NCBI GenBank assembly: GCA_041650755.1
Contig: JBAZKN010000001.1
Span: 136,080-200,079 of the forward strand
DNA: 64,000 nucleotides
Source of the DNA: Patescibacteria group bacterium
GTDB lineage: Bacteria > Patescibacteriota > Patescibacteriia > UBA1558 > GWA2-36-10
Direction: 5' to 3'
Shown: in pieces, positions 20,452-29,650 of the stretch
Numbering within the stretch: position 1 is the stretch's first letter
Layout: each line of letters begins with the position of its first letter
Program-made: the position numbers and the translations under genes
The notes under the pieces: generated by a model
Databases searched by the model: none
What the model was told of the DNA's origin: nothing
What the model saw: only the letters and a program-made list of their open reading frames with translations

Positions 20452-21003
20452 ATGGATAGACCCCGATTATTCATTGGTATCCCTATAGACAGGTCTTTAG
20501 CCAAAAAATTGATGGCTGATTTATCTGGGTTTGCTTTGCCCTGGCCAAAACTCAAGACCGTCCTACCAGAACAAATGCATTTGACCCTCAAATTCTTGGG
20601 GGAAACACCCTTAGAGCAACTACCCCAGATTATCTCTGTTTTAGATAATTTAAAAAACAAGACAGGACCCTTAGATTTAATCATAGACCGGGCTATCACC
20701 ATCAGTCCCCAGCACCCAAAAGTTATTGCCTTGAGTTTAGAAAAGAATCCTAGGCTAGAGAAATTACAGCAGAGGATTGAACAAACTCTATGGCAAGCGG
20801 GTTTAGCTGACAAGGAAATGCGCAAAGCTCTGCCCCACCTGACTCTGGCCAGAATAAAACAGGCGACCAGGATAGAGGAGCTCAAAATTTTAAACACTTG
20901 GCTAGTAAAAAAGCTAATTACCGTAAATTATTTTGAGCTGATAGAAAGTGTATTATTACCGCGTGGACCGCAATATACCACCCTGCAAACTTTTGACTTA
21001 TGA
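20452..21003 (+). CDS. thpR: RNA 2',3'-cyclic phosphodiesterase (2H phosphoesterase LigT/ThpR)
   Basis: Two HxT/S motifs: HLTLKFLG and HLTLAR. Confidence 0.75.
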   Translation: MDRPRLFIGIPIDRSLAKKLMADLSGFALPWPKLKTVLPEQMHLTLKFLGETPLEQLPQIISVLDNLKNKTGPLDLIIDRAITISPQHPKVIALSLEKNPRLEKLQQRIEQTLWQAGLADKEMRKALPHLTLARIKQATRIEELKILNTWLVKKLITVNYFELIESVLLPRGPQYTTLQTFDL

Positions 21004-21749
21004 TAAAGGAGTATCACATTTTAGGAATCAAAATACAAAGCATACCAGAACACCTGATCAAAGAATTATTGCGTTCTTTTTTAAATTCTGACCAGCAAAA
21101 TCAGATTGTCACCGTCAATCCTGAATTTGTCGTAGCCGCCCAGAAAAATAAAAAGTTTGCCAGCGTGATCAATGAAGCCAGTCTAGCCACAATCGATGGT
21201 ACCGGATTAGTCCAAGCCCTGCAAATATTGGGCTACAAAGTATCGCTAGATGATCGTCTGACTGGAGTAAAATTAATGGAAAAACTGCTGGAAATTGCCC
21301 AGCACGACCAGCTCAAAGTCCTATTTTGTTTATACCATCATGGCCTGACTTCGCATCATGCTTTGGCCGCCAAATTAAAAGATAAATATCCCAAACTGAA
21401 TTTTTATCTAGCCGATGAAAATAATTGCCTGACTATCACCGACGTCAAACAGCCGGATATTATATTTTCTACTCTGGGTGCGCCACGACAAGATGTCTGG
21501 CTGGCCGAAAATATCCACAAAATGCCCAGTGTCAAAATAGCTGTCGGCGTAGGCGGAGCAGTGGACTTTTTGTCCGGAGCCATCAGGCGAGCACCAAAAA
21601 TATTCCGCTCCTTGGGCCTAGAATGGTTATGGCGCTTGTTTCGCCAGCCTCGCAGGCTGCCCCGCATCTGGCGAGCAATCATTATTTTTTATGCTTTAGT
21701 TTTAAAATATAAATGGCAAAACAAAAATTATGCCCAAAGTAAGAACTAG
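21000..21749 (+). CDS. WecB/TagA/CpsF-family glycosyltransferase (GT26)
   Basis: VNPEF and DGTGL motifs. Confidence 0.7.
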   Translation: MIKEYHILGIKIQSIPEHLIKELLRSFLNSDQQNQIVTVNPEFVVAAQKNKKFASVINEASLATIDGTGLVQALQILGYKVSLDDRLTGVKLMEKLLEIAQHDQLKVLFCLYHHGLTSHHALAAKLKDKYPKLNFYLADENNCLTITDVKQPDIIFSTLGAPRQDVWLAENIHKMPSVKIAVGVGGAVDFLSGAIRRAPKIFRSLGLEWLWRLFRQPRRLPRIWRAIIIFYALVLKYKWQNKNYAQSKN

Positions 21750-23202
21750 ATTCGCGCCCAGTCCAACCGGCTCCCTACATATTGGCGGCTTACGCACCGC
21801 ATTATTTGACTATCTGCTGGCCAAAAAACACAGAGGTAATTTTATCTTGAGGATAGAGGACACAGATCAAACGCGAGAAATAAAAGGAGCCACAGAAGAG
21901 CTAATCAGCGTCCTAAATAAAGTTGGACTAAATCCCGACGAGGGAGTAGTACTTGATAAAAACCAAAAGCTTCACGATTTTGGCAAATGCGGCCCCTATA
22001 CCCAGTCCCAACGCTTAAGCCTTTATCGGACAGCTGCTGAAAAATTGGTGGAGCAGAATCAAGCCTATTATTGTTTTTGTTCTAACGAACGTCTGGCTAA
22101 ATTGCGCGAAGAACAGCAGGCCAAAAAACAAGTGCCAAAATATGACGGCCATTGTCGAAATTTAAGCAAAGACGAGGCTCTGAAAAAAATAAAAAATGGC
22201 CAGGCGGCTGTTGTCAGATTTAAGATACCTGAATATACTCTGGTTGAAGCTACCGACCTGGTTTATGGAGATATCAAAGTCAAGTCGGAAGATTTGGATG
22301 ATTTTGTGATTTTAAAATCTGACGGCTTTCCTACTTATCATCTAGCCCATGTGGTGGATGATTCGGCTATGAAAATATCTCACGTGATCAGAGGCGAGGA
22401 ATGGCTGCCTTCGCTCCCGAAACATGTTTTACTATTCCAAGCCTTGGGCTATGACTTGCCTATCTTTGTGCATCTGCCCCTAATACTCAATCCTGACAAA
22501 TCAAAATTATCCAAGCGCCAAGGCGACGTGGCCGCCGAAGATTTTCTAGCCAAAGGATATTTGCCTGAAGCACTGCTAAACTATATTGCGCTTCTTGGCT
22601 GGAATCCTGGCACTGACCAAGAAATATTTTCCCTGGATCAATTGATTAAAAGTTTCTCTTTGGAAAAAATAAATAAATCTGGAGCAATTTTTGACAGCCA
22701 AAAATTACAATGGCTAAACGCCCATTATATAAAAAATATAATTGCGGCAAATAAAAAACGTTATCGCGATTTAATAGAGGAGACTAAAAAGTTTTTACCT
22801 GGACATGAAGACAAAGCAGAGGACATGCTTAAGCTTTTCGGTGGCCGACTAAACTATCTGGCCGAAATCAAAGATTTAAGCGGTTTTATTTTTGCTTTGC
22901 CAGACTACCCAAAGGGTCTGTTGATTTTCAAAAAGAGCGACCGAACAAAAACCAAACAAGGTCTAGAATCTGCCAAAAAACTGCTAGAAGGCCTAAAAGA
23001 CAAGGATTGGACTATTGCCGGCCTTAATAAGGCCTTGGAGAACCTCGTTAAAGCCCAAAATCTGGCTCCTGGCGATGTTTTCTGGCCTATTAGGGTATCT
23101 CTTTCCGGCCTGGAAAAAAGCCCTTCTCCGGCTGAAATATTGGCAGTTCTTGGAAAAGAGGAGAGTTTGAAAAGGATTGAACAAGGTTTAACAAAATTAT
23201 AA
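21730..23202 (+). CDS. gltX: glutamyl-tRNA synthetase
   Basis: PSPTGSLHIGGLRTAL HIGH region and KLSKRQG. Confidence 0.9.
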   Translation: MPKVRTRFAPSPTGSLHIGGLRTALFDYLLAKKHRGNFILRIEDTDQTREIKGATEELISVLNKVGLNPDEGVVLDKNQKLHDFGKCGPYTQSQRLSLYRTAAEKLVEQNQAYYCFCSNERLAKLREEQQAKKQVPKYDGHCRNLSKDEALKKIKNGQAAVVRFKIPEYTLVEATDLVYGDIKVKSEDLDDFVILKSDGFPTYHLAHVVDDSAMKISHVIRGEEWLPSLPKHVLLFQALGYDLPIFVHLPLILNPDKSKLSKRQGDVAAEDFLAKGYLPEALLNYIALLGWNPGTDQEIFSLDQLIKSFSLEKINKSGAIFDSQKLQWLNAHYIKNIIAANKKRYRDLIEETKKFLPGHEDKAEDMLKLFGGRLNYLAEIKDLSGFIFALPDYPKGLLIFKKSDRTKTKQGLESAKKLLEGLKDKDWTIAGLNKALENLVKAQNLAPGDVFWPIRVSLSGLEKSPSPAEILAVLGKEESLKRIEQGLTKL

Positions 23203-23206
23203 ATTA

Positions 23207-23235
23207 ATTTGCAAAAAAAGTTTAAATATGCTATA
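23207..23235 (+). promoter_or_regulatory. sigma70-like promoter TTGCAA-17-TATAAT
   Basis: Read directly upstream of 23264 gene. Confidence 0.5.
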
Positions 23236-23263
23236 ATTATACATTAAGCAAATCTATCTATGC

Positions 23264-24532
23264 TTGTCAATCATGCTTGTCCAAAAACCAAAACAAAATA
23301 GAATAAAATATCTTATCATAAGCTCATTTGTTTTGGGCTTTGTTTTTTTTGTCGGGCATGCCCTAGCCGTAGAGTACACTCTGGATAATCTAGACAATGT
23401 GGAAACCTGGCGTATCAATCAAGATATAAACGATAAGCGCTCTCAAATTCAGGATCTGAATAAACAAGTGGAAATCTACCAAAAAAATATTCAGGCCAAA
23501 CAAAAAGAAATATCCAATCTATCCAGCCAGCTTAGCATTCTTAATAATAATATAGCTAAGATAAACTTAGAAATAAAAACTGCTGAATTAGAGATAGAGA
23601 CCACCAACTTAAAAATAGAAAATGTTCAGCTAAAAATTCAGGCTAAAGAAAGGGAAATATCTGATCAAAAAGAAACGGTAGCTGAAATCCTGCGCACCTT
23701 ACACCGACAACAGCAGCAGAGCAGCGTGATTGAGGTGCTCTTGCTCAACGACAACTTCAGCGGCTTTATGGCCGAGCTCGATAATCTGGAAAAAATACAA
23801 AGTTCGGTAGTCAATCAAGTCAATGACCTAAAAAATATCAAATTGGCCATGACCCAGGATCAGGCGTCTTTGGAGGACAATAAAGATGAGCTGGCTGCTT
23901 TACAAAATATTTTAGAAAATAAAAAAGGCTCTTTAAGCGAGCAAAAAACCGCCAAGGCTTCTATCATCAAGGTGACGCAAGGGCAGGAAAGCAAATTTCA
24001 AACCATGCTTGAACAGGCTAAAAAAGAGCAGGAACAAATTAATAGCGACATTATCTATTTGGAAAAAATTGCTCGCGAAAAACTCAATCGTCAATTACAG
24101 CAAAATCAAGCTGCCGAATCTACCCCGGGCCTGATGTGGCCGGTCAGCTCTCGAGTGATCACTGCCTATTTTCATGATCCCGATTATCCCTATCGTTATA
24201 TTTTTGAACATCCGGCTATTGATATCGCCACTGCCCAGGGCACGGCTGTCAAAGCAGCTGAAACCGGCTATGTAGCCAAAGTCAAAAATGGAGGCAAAAC
24301 TGGCTATAGCTATATCATGATAGTCCATGCCAACAATCTATCCACTGTCTATGGCCATGTCAACCAAATAAATATCAGCGAAGGCCAATTTGTCAGTAAA
24401 GGACAGGTGATTGCTTATTCGGGCGGTATGCCGGGTACTAGTGGCGCCGGGCCATTTTCTACTGGACCGCATCTGCACTTAGAGATTCGCTTAAACGGCC
24501 TGCCAGTCAATCCACTAAACTATTTGCCCTAA
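23264..24532 (+). CDS. coiled-coil M23 family metallopeptidase (EnvC-like murein hydrolase activator)
   Basis: N-terminal TM, long coiled coil, C-terminal M23 motif GPHLHLEIR. Confidence 0.7.
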   Translation: MSIMLVQKPKQNRIKYLIISSFVLGFVFFVGHALAVEYTLDNLDNVETWRINQDINDKRSQIQDLNKQVEIYQKNIQAKQKEISNLSSQLSILNNNIAKINLEIKTAELEIETTNLKIENVQLKIQAKEREISDQKETVAEILRTLHRQQQQSSVIEVLLLNDNFSGFMAELDNLEKIQSSVVNQVNDLKNIKLAMTQDQASLEDNKDELAALQNILENKKGSLSEQKTAKASIIKVTQGQESKFQTMLEQAKKEQEQINSDIIYLEKIAREKLNRQLQQNQAAESTPGLMWPVSSRVITAYFHDPDYPYRYIFEHPAIDIATAQGTAVKAAETGYVAKVKNGGKTGYSYIMIVHANNLSTVYGHVNQINISEGQFVSKGQVIAYSGGMPGTSGAGPFSTGPHLHLEIRLNGLPVNPLNYLP

Positions 24533-24551
24533 TTACCCCAAAAAGTTTATT

Positions 24552-24586
24552 TTTCCCTCTCGATTATTGAGAGGGATTTTTGTAAC
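24552..24586 (+). terminator. intrinsic terminator CCCTCTCG-ATTATT-GAGAGGG + T-run
   Basis: Hairpin followed by ATTTTTG after M23 gene. Confidence 0.55.
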
Positions 24587-24860
24587 AAAAAAACGGAGGG
24601 TGCCGTCTAAAGGCCGAAACCTTCACGTACACCCCCCTTAGAGCTTGCTCACACGGACCGATCCCGGCCACAACGTGCCTTGTAGGCATTCGTGCTGCTG
24701 AAACAGCGAGAGGCGTGCCAGCCACTAGGTGGGGGCTTCCCCTGTGTTTCACGACAGCTTGCGTGAACTGGGATCTTCTCCGTGACCCTCCGTGGAGAGC
24801 AGGCAAGCTCTGGAACAATTGGATGAGCTGGGTTTTGGGGCAAATCCAGACCATCACAAA
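24583..24860 (-). ncRNA. GC-rich structured ncRNA candidate (~270 nt), family unresolved (RNase P RNA / 6S / SRP RNA are candidates)
   Basis: ~60% GC block in AT-rich intergenic DNA; 9-bp terminal helix ACGGAGGGT/ACCCTCCGT enclosing ~200 nt of nested hairpins; U7 tract on minus strand after the 3' helix strand; overlapping minus ORFs lack coding signal. Confidence 0.55.
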
Positions 24861-24911
24861 AATAGCCTATCATATATGATATATTTTGTCAACACCTTTT
24901 TGTTTTATTAT

Positions 24912-24945
24912 ATTAAAATAAAAATTGGCTAATATTAGCCAATTT
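24912..24945. terminator. bidirectional terminator: A-run, palindrome TTGGCTAATATTAGCCAA, T-run
   Basis: Perfect 18-bp palindrome flanked by AAAAA and TTTTT; same palindrome recurs at 43334-43351. Confidence 0.5.
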
Positions 24946-25004
24946 TTATATATAACATCTGCAAGGTGGCCACAACCTCGCAGGTGCCCTAATTTTTAAA
25001 CAAA

Positions 25005-25240
25005 AAGAAAAAAGGCTCGGGGTAGGACGGGGTCCAACCCACGAGCCCGGATGGTCGCCTCGACGGAGCCAGGCTTCATGGCCCTACGGCCTCGAATGCG
25101 CCTGAACGGCGCTGGTCATCGAGCATCCAACGGGGATGCGGCCCGAGAGTCGTTCTCATCGGGATCTTGGCTCCAAGTAGGCGCCACCCTCGCCGGGACA
25201 GGGACGTGATACAGGAGCACCAGTCTAGGCCAGGCAATAG
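25005..25240 (-). ncRNA. second GC-rich structured ncRNA candidate (~235 nt) with own promoter and terminator, family unresolved
   Basis: Minus-strand TTGACA-15/16-TATTAT promoter at 25244-25270; multiple GC hairpins; 3' hairpin GGCUCG...CGAGCC followed by UUUUUUCUUUUU. Confidence 0.55.
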
Positions 25241-25243
25241 GTA

Positions 25244-25270
25244 TAATATCATATATAAAAAAATTGTCAA
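25244..25270 (-). promoter_or_regulatory. sigma70-like promoter (minus) TTGACA-15/16-TATTAT driving ncRNA candidate
   Basis: Read directly. Confidence 0.5.
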
Positions 25271-25327
25271 TACTAAAAAACAGCCTGTGGATAAAGGCAA
25301 AAAAATATTTTTTAAAAATAATATGTT

Positions 25328-26284
25328 TTATTGTCTCAAAGGATGAAATTTGGTATGAATTTTTTCAGCATACTTATCAGAGGCATGCACATAGCGAGTA
25401 GTGGTGTCTAGCGACTCATGCCCCAAAAGTATTTGGATAGCAGCCGGATTAGCGCCATTTTCTGCCAAATAAGTCGCAAAGCCATGGCGCAGTGAGTGAG
25501 CGGAAATAGGTATATTGATGCCCAAGAGCTCGCGATAGCGCTTTATCTTGTATTGTAAATAATTAGGCGAGATCCTTTTGGCGCGCTCTGGATTATTACG
25601 ACCGCGATAAGGCACAAACATAAAGGGCGAATTGTCTGTCCGAGTATTGAGATAATTGTGCAAATATTTGATCGAGCGAGGAGTCAGATAAACAAAGCGT
25701 TGTTTTTTTCCCTTACCCATGATATAGATGCGGCCCGAAGCATCTAGCTGTTCTCGGCGCAAGGATAATAATTCGGAAATACGCATGCCAGTAGCAAACA
25801 AGGTCTCAAGCATGGCCCGATTGCGCAACTTGATGTTCTTATCAGTTTCAAATTTTTCTGGTGCTTCGATAATTCTGATGAGCTCGTTCATTTCTGGCAC
25901 TTGGCCGTGTTTTTTTTCGGTCTTTAGGAGCTTGACGGCATCGGCCGAGATCGGTGTTTTATAATCCATGTCCAATAAAAATTTCAAATAGGAACGCAGA
26001 GCGGATAATATTCGATTGATACTAAAACTGGATAATTTCTTACCACCCAAGACTTTGGCGGCTGTCTTACGCGAAGTAGAGGAGAGATAGGCCTTAAACT
26101 TGATTAAAGACCTTTTATCAAGATTTTTGAAATCCGTCTTAATATCTTCGTTCAAAAAATCTTCAAAAGTTTTCAAGTCCCGTTCATAATTATAAACCGT
26201 CTCTAAAGAGTAGTTATTGGATTGAATATTTTCCAAATATTCATCCAAGAGGGGGAGATAGTGCTTGAGTTTGCTTTTTGCCAT
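25328..26284 (-). CDS. tyrosine site-specific recombinase XerC/XerD family
   Basis: LRHGFATYL and GHESLDTTTRYVH catalytic motifs. Confidence 0.85.
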   Translation of the reverse strand: MAKSKLKHYLPLLDEYLENIQSNNYSLETVYNYERDLKTFEDFLNEDIKTDFKNLDKRSLIKFKAYLSSTSRKTAAKVLGGKKLSSFSINRILSALRSYLKFLLDMDYKTPISADAVKLLKTEKKHGQVPEMNELIRIIEAPEKFETDKNIKLRNRAMLETLFATGMRISELLSLRREQLDASGRIYIMGKGKKQRFVYLTPRSIKYLHNYLNTRTDNSPFMFVPYRGRNNPERAKRISPNYLQYKIKRYRELLGINIPISAHSLRHGFATYLAENGANPAAIQILLGHESLDTTTRYVHASDKYAEKIHTKFHPLRQ

Positions 26285-26407
26285 AAATACATTATACCTT
26301 GGGGATTTGGCCTTGTCAAATTGAGTGTAAGAGATATTATACTCAATTCAATACATACGTAAATAAGAGCTTGCTTGGCCCGCACATACTGCCCTCTACC
26401 GATTTTA

Positions 26408-27241
26408 TCACTTAAAAAAGATTTTATCGGCAAACCTAACATCAATATAACTGATATCTGTGCCACTAATGTTCCCTGCTGTCAGGACATTATAAAGATT
26501 ATCCATCTGCTGGGCTATATCCCCCTGACCATCCAACTTTACATAATAACCTCGGTCGGTCTGCAGCTCCAGCTGACGCCAATCATCTGTAATGACTATG
26601 CCCAACAAAGCGGCCCTGGAGGCAATTTTTGCCTGCCAAATCTCAGAAATGCTCTGAATAGCCATTAGTTCGTCAGACCTAAAAACGTCTTGATTTTCGG
26701 CTGGTTTATAACTGCGCCGGTCATCTAAAACTAAATGCTTATTATCATTGGCCTCTATTTGGCGATTTAAGGCCCCTTTGGCGTCCATTAGGTAATATGT
26801 ACCATCTTTCTGCCAAATAAATTGAGAAGTTTTTTCTTTGAGCACAATCTCCAGACTATTGGGAAATTTTTTCTTGACTGTGACTGCACTAAGATTATAT
26901 TGCTGACCCAAAGCATCGGCCAACGCATCACTAGATGCTAAAAAATAATTATCATTCTTAAAAATAAGATATTTATGAGTATGCAGCTTGCTGGCCACCA
27001 ATAATTTGACTTCCTGCGGGTCAATATCCTGATTGCCGGAAACATTTATATTTTTAATCTGTAAAAATGGCAATTGAAAAATACTTTGCCCCAATAATAA
27101 AATTGCGATCAGCCAGATAATTCTAATCAGGCGCTGTCGCCGTTTTTTTTGATATTCACCATAATAACTGCCATATAGGCGTTGCGGCCTATTGGGCACG
27201 TGGCGCTGCCAATTTTTATGAGTTTTAATCCGGCCAATCAT
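26408..27241 (-). CDS. ftsQ: cell division protein FtsQ/DivIB-like (POTRA)
   Basis: N-terminal TM then INVSGN POTRA start. Confidence 0.55.
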   Translation of the reverse strand: MIGRIKTHKNWQRHVPNRPQRLYGSYYGEYQKKRRQRLIRIIWLIAILLLGQSIFQLPFLQIKNINVSGNQDIDPQEVKLLVASKLHTHKYLIFKNDNYFLASSDALADALGQQYNLSAVTVKKKFPNSLEIVLKEKTSQFIWQKDGTYYLMDAKGALNRQIEANDNKHLVLDDRRSYKPAENQDVFRSDELMAIQSISEIWQAKIASRAALLGIVITDDWRQLELQTDRGYYVKLDGQGDIAQQMDNLYNVLTAGNISGTDISYIDVRFADKIFFK

Positions 27242-27289
27242 ACTCTCTCCTCCACCAGAGCATTAGATATTATGTGTCGTATTATATTA

Positions 27290-28402
27290 CTAAATTATTA
27301 TCCGCTCAATATTTTGATTTAGTCTGGCAACAATTTCATAATTAATAGTTTGCGCCCAGACAGCCAGCTCTTCAGCGCTAATTCTATCCTTGCCAAAACC
27401 GCCCAGTAGCACCACCTCTTCCCCCAAGGTCAGATCCAGATCAATCGGCACTTCAACCATCATCAGGTTCATGCAAATATTGCCGCGCACCGGATAACGC
27501 TTGTCTCTGATCAGAACTTGGCCATGATTTGACAGCAGGCGGCTATAGCCCTCATAATATCCGACTGGCAAAACTGCCAACTGACAATCCTGCTCACAAA
27601 ACCAGGTACGATTATAGCCCACGCTTTCGCCAGCTCTTATCTTTTTTAGCTGAATTATTTTGGTAGTCCAAGCCAAAACTGGCCGCAAATCTATGCCTAA
27701 GTCTTGTCCGCGCTTTCTAGTCGGCTCTGATGGCCACAGCCCATATAGCGATAAACCCAGACGGATGATATCCATCTGCGCCTCTCTTAGGCTGACGGCC
27801 GCGGCTGAACAGGCAATGTGCCGTTTTACTTGGGGAAAATTCTTGGCCAAATCTGCTAGAGCTCTCACCTGCTCTTTAGAAAAATGCAAGTCTTCTGATT
27901 CTGATTCTGCCAGATGACTATAAATACTAAACAATTTTAAATTGGCTTGCTGTAAAACAAAATTGATTAGTTCTTCCGCCTCCTCTAGCCTTACCCCCAA
28001 GCGGGACGTGCCGGTATCAATCTTTATATTCACGGTCAAGGTCTGACCCAATAAGCTAGCCTGTGCCTGCAAGTACTGAGCAGTTGCCAAATCATAAATC
28101 GGCAAATAAATATTTTTGGCAATAGCTACTCGGACAGGTTCCGGATCAGCTACAAAATAGCTCAAAACCATGATTGGTTTTTTGGTCAAAACTCGAACTT
28201 GTAGAGCTTCGTCAAAATTCACCACCAAGAAACCTCTACAATCTTCTGCATAGTTTAAAATACTCACTACTTCTTTGAGGCCGTGCCCATAGGCGTTACT
28301 TTTGACTACCGGCCAAAACTGGCTATGGGGCGCTATATTTTTAAATTGCTGTAAATTGTGTAGTAAGCTCTGTTTGTTTATCTGCAAGCGGCTAGCGGAC
28401 AT
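27290..28402 (-). CDS. alr: alanine racemase
   Basis: PLP-lysine motif VVKSNAYGHG. Confidence 0.85.
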   Translation of the reverse strand: MSASRLQINKQSLLHNLQQFKNIAPHSQFWPVVKSNAYGHGLKEVVSILNYAEDCRGFLVVNFDEALQVRVLTKKPIMVLSYFVADPEPVRVAIAKNIYLPIYDLATAQYLQAQASLLGQTLTVNIKIDTGTSRLGVRLEEAEELINFVLQQANLKLFSIYSHLAESESEDLHFSKEQVRALADLAKNFPQVKRHIACSAAAVSLREAQMDIIRLGLSLYGLWPSEPTRKRGQDLGIDLRPVLAWTTKIIQLKKIRAGESVGYNRTWFCEQDCQLAVLPVGYYEGYSRLLSNHGQVLIRDKRYPVRGNICMNLMMVEVPIDLDLTLGEEVVLLGGFGKDRISAEELAVWAQTINYEIVARLNQNIERIII

Positions 28403-29646
28403 TATTTTTTCTTTATTTCAGTAAAATGCAGATAGGATTTTAAAACTTTAGGCATGCGTATTGAGCCTTCTTTGGTTTGATAATTTTCCATCAAGGCAAT
28501 TATAGTCCTGCCCATAGCCATAGCTGTACCATTGAGCGTATGGCAATAATCTTTTTTATCGCCGTTTTTGTACTTGATGTTGAGCCGGCGACTCTGATAA
28601 TCGGTGGTATTGGAACAAGAGGTTATCTCTCGATAACAATTTTGTCCGGGCAACCAGGCCTCGATATCATATTTTTTGGCAGCCACCGGACCCAAATCAC
28701 CGCTGCAGATATTGACCACATGATAAGGCAGATCCAGCTCCTGATAAATCTCCTCCTCAATGGATAACAATTCTTGGTGCATCTCCTCGCTCTCCTCCGG
28801 CTTCACTAAAGCTACCATTTCTATTTTATCAAATTGATGACCGCGCAAGATGCCTTTGGTGTCTTTGCCATAGCTACCAGCCTCCCGACGAAAACAGGTG
28901 GAAAAGGCAAAATATTTTTTGGGCTTGCTAAGATCTAAAACCTGATTGGCATGATAGCTAATCAAAGGTACTTCAGCGGTGCCAATCAAATACAAGTCGT
29001 CCTCGCCGGGATTGACTTTATAGATCTCGTTTTTCTCTGCTGGGAAAAAACCCGTACCAAACATGGCCGGCTCTTTGACCAGTTGCGGGACGCTCAAGGC
29101 TTTGAATCCTTTTTTTATTAATTTATTGAAAAGATAATGAATCAAAGCCATTTCTAATTCCACCAGCTCATTTTTTAAATACCAGAATCTGGCTCCGGAA
29201 ACTTGCGCGCCCTGCTCAATATCAAGCAAATCAAGGCTGGTCCCCAGCTCCACATGATCTAAGGCGGGAAATCCTAAGTTTGTCATTTCGCCGACAATCC
29301 GCTCTACTTTATTATCTGCTTCAGAGGCGCCAATCGGCGTATCATGGCTATTGATATTTGGCAATTGATAAAGCAAAGCATTGAGCTCGTCTTCGACCAC
29401 TTTGAGATCTAATTCTAAATTTTTTATCTCATCCCCTACTGCTCTAAATTTGGCTATCAGGTCGGGAGTCGGCTTGGCCTTGGAACCGCTCTTGAGCTGG
29501 CGTCGTTTTTCTTCTATTGCCTGAAGCAAATCTTTTTGGCGTTCATATAATGCCAGTAGCTGATCAATATCAACCTTGAAACCGCGGCTGGCTGTATTTT
29601 TCTTTACTAAATCTATGTTGTCTTTAACAAATTTTATATCTAGCAT
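28402..29646 (-). CDS. serS: seryl-tRNA synthetase
   Basis: N-terminal coiled coil, class II aaRS motifs. Confidence 0.9.
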   Translation of the reverse strand: MLDIKFVKDNIDLVKKNTASRGFKVDIDQLLALYERQKDLLQAIEEKRRQLKSGSKAKPTPDLIAKFRAVGDEIKNLELDLKVVEDELNALLYQLPNINSHDTPIGASEADNKVERIVGEMTNLGFPALDHVELGTSLDLLDIEQGAQVSGARFWYLKNELVELEMALIHYLFNKLIKKGFKALSVPQLVKEPAMFGTGFFPAEKNEIYKVNPGEDDLYLIGTAEVPLISYHANQVLDLSKPKKYFAFSTCFRREAGSYGKDTKGILRGHQFDKIEMVALVKPEESEEMHQELLSIEEEIYQELDLPYHVVNICSGDLGPVAAKKYDIEAWLPGQNCYREITSCSNTTDYQSRRLNIKYKNGDKKDYCHTLNGTAMAMGRTIIALMENYQTKEGSIRMPKVLKSYLHFTEIKKK

Positions 29647-29650
29647 ATAT

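Noticed and set aside
24583-24860. Confident call of RNase P RNA
   Set aside because: P4-like strands (GGAGAAGAUCCC / CCGGGAUCGGUC) and a P1-like terminal helix are present. There is no room for P2/P3 between P1 and the P4-like strand, and ~55 nt separate the P4-like 3' strand from the terminal helix, so canonical architecture is not satisfied. Left as unresolved ncRNA.
24564-24873. Minus-strand ORFs of 97 and 74 aa overlapping the first GC-rich block
   Set aside because: Arg/Pro/Gly-rich translations typical of GC-rich non-coding sequence, no RBS, mutually overlapping frames, and the region folds into extensive helices. Treated as ncRNA, not CDS.
24583-25245. tmRNA (ssrA) as identity of either GC-rich RNA, prompted by the adjacent tyrosine recombinase
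   Set aside because: No tRNA-like acceptor/T-arm (no GGTTCGAATCC-like loop, no 3' CCA context) and no recognisable tag reading frame ending in Ala-Ala-stop on either strand.
25076-25300. 74-aa minus ORF within second GC-rich block
   Set aside because: Same reasoning. It lies between a promoter and an intrinsic terminator on the same strand and is rich in stable hairpins.
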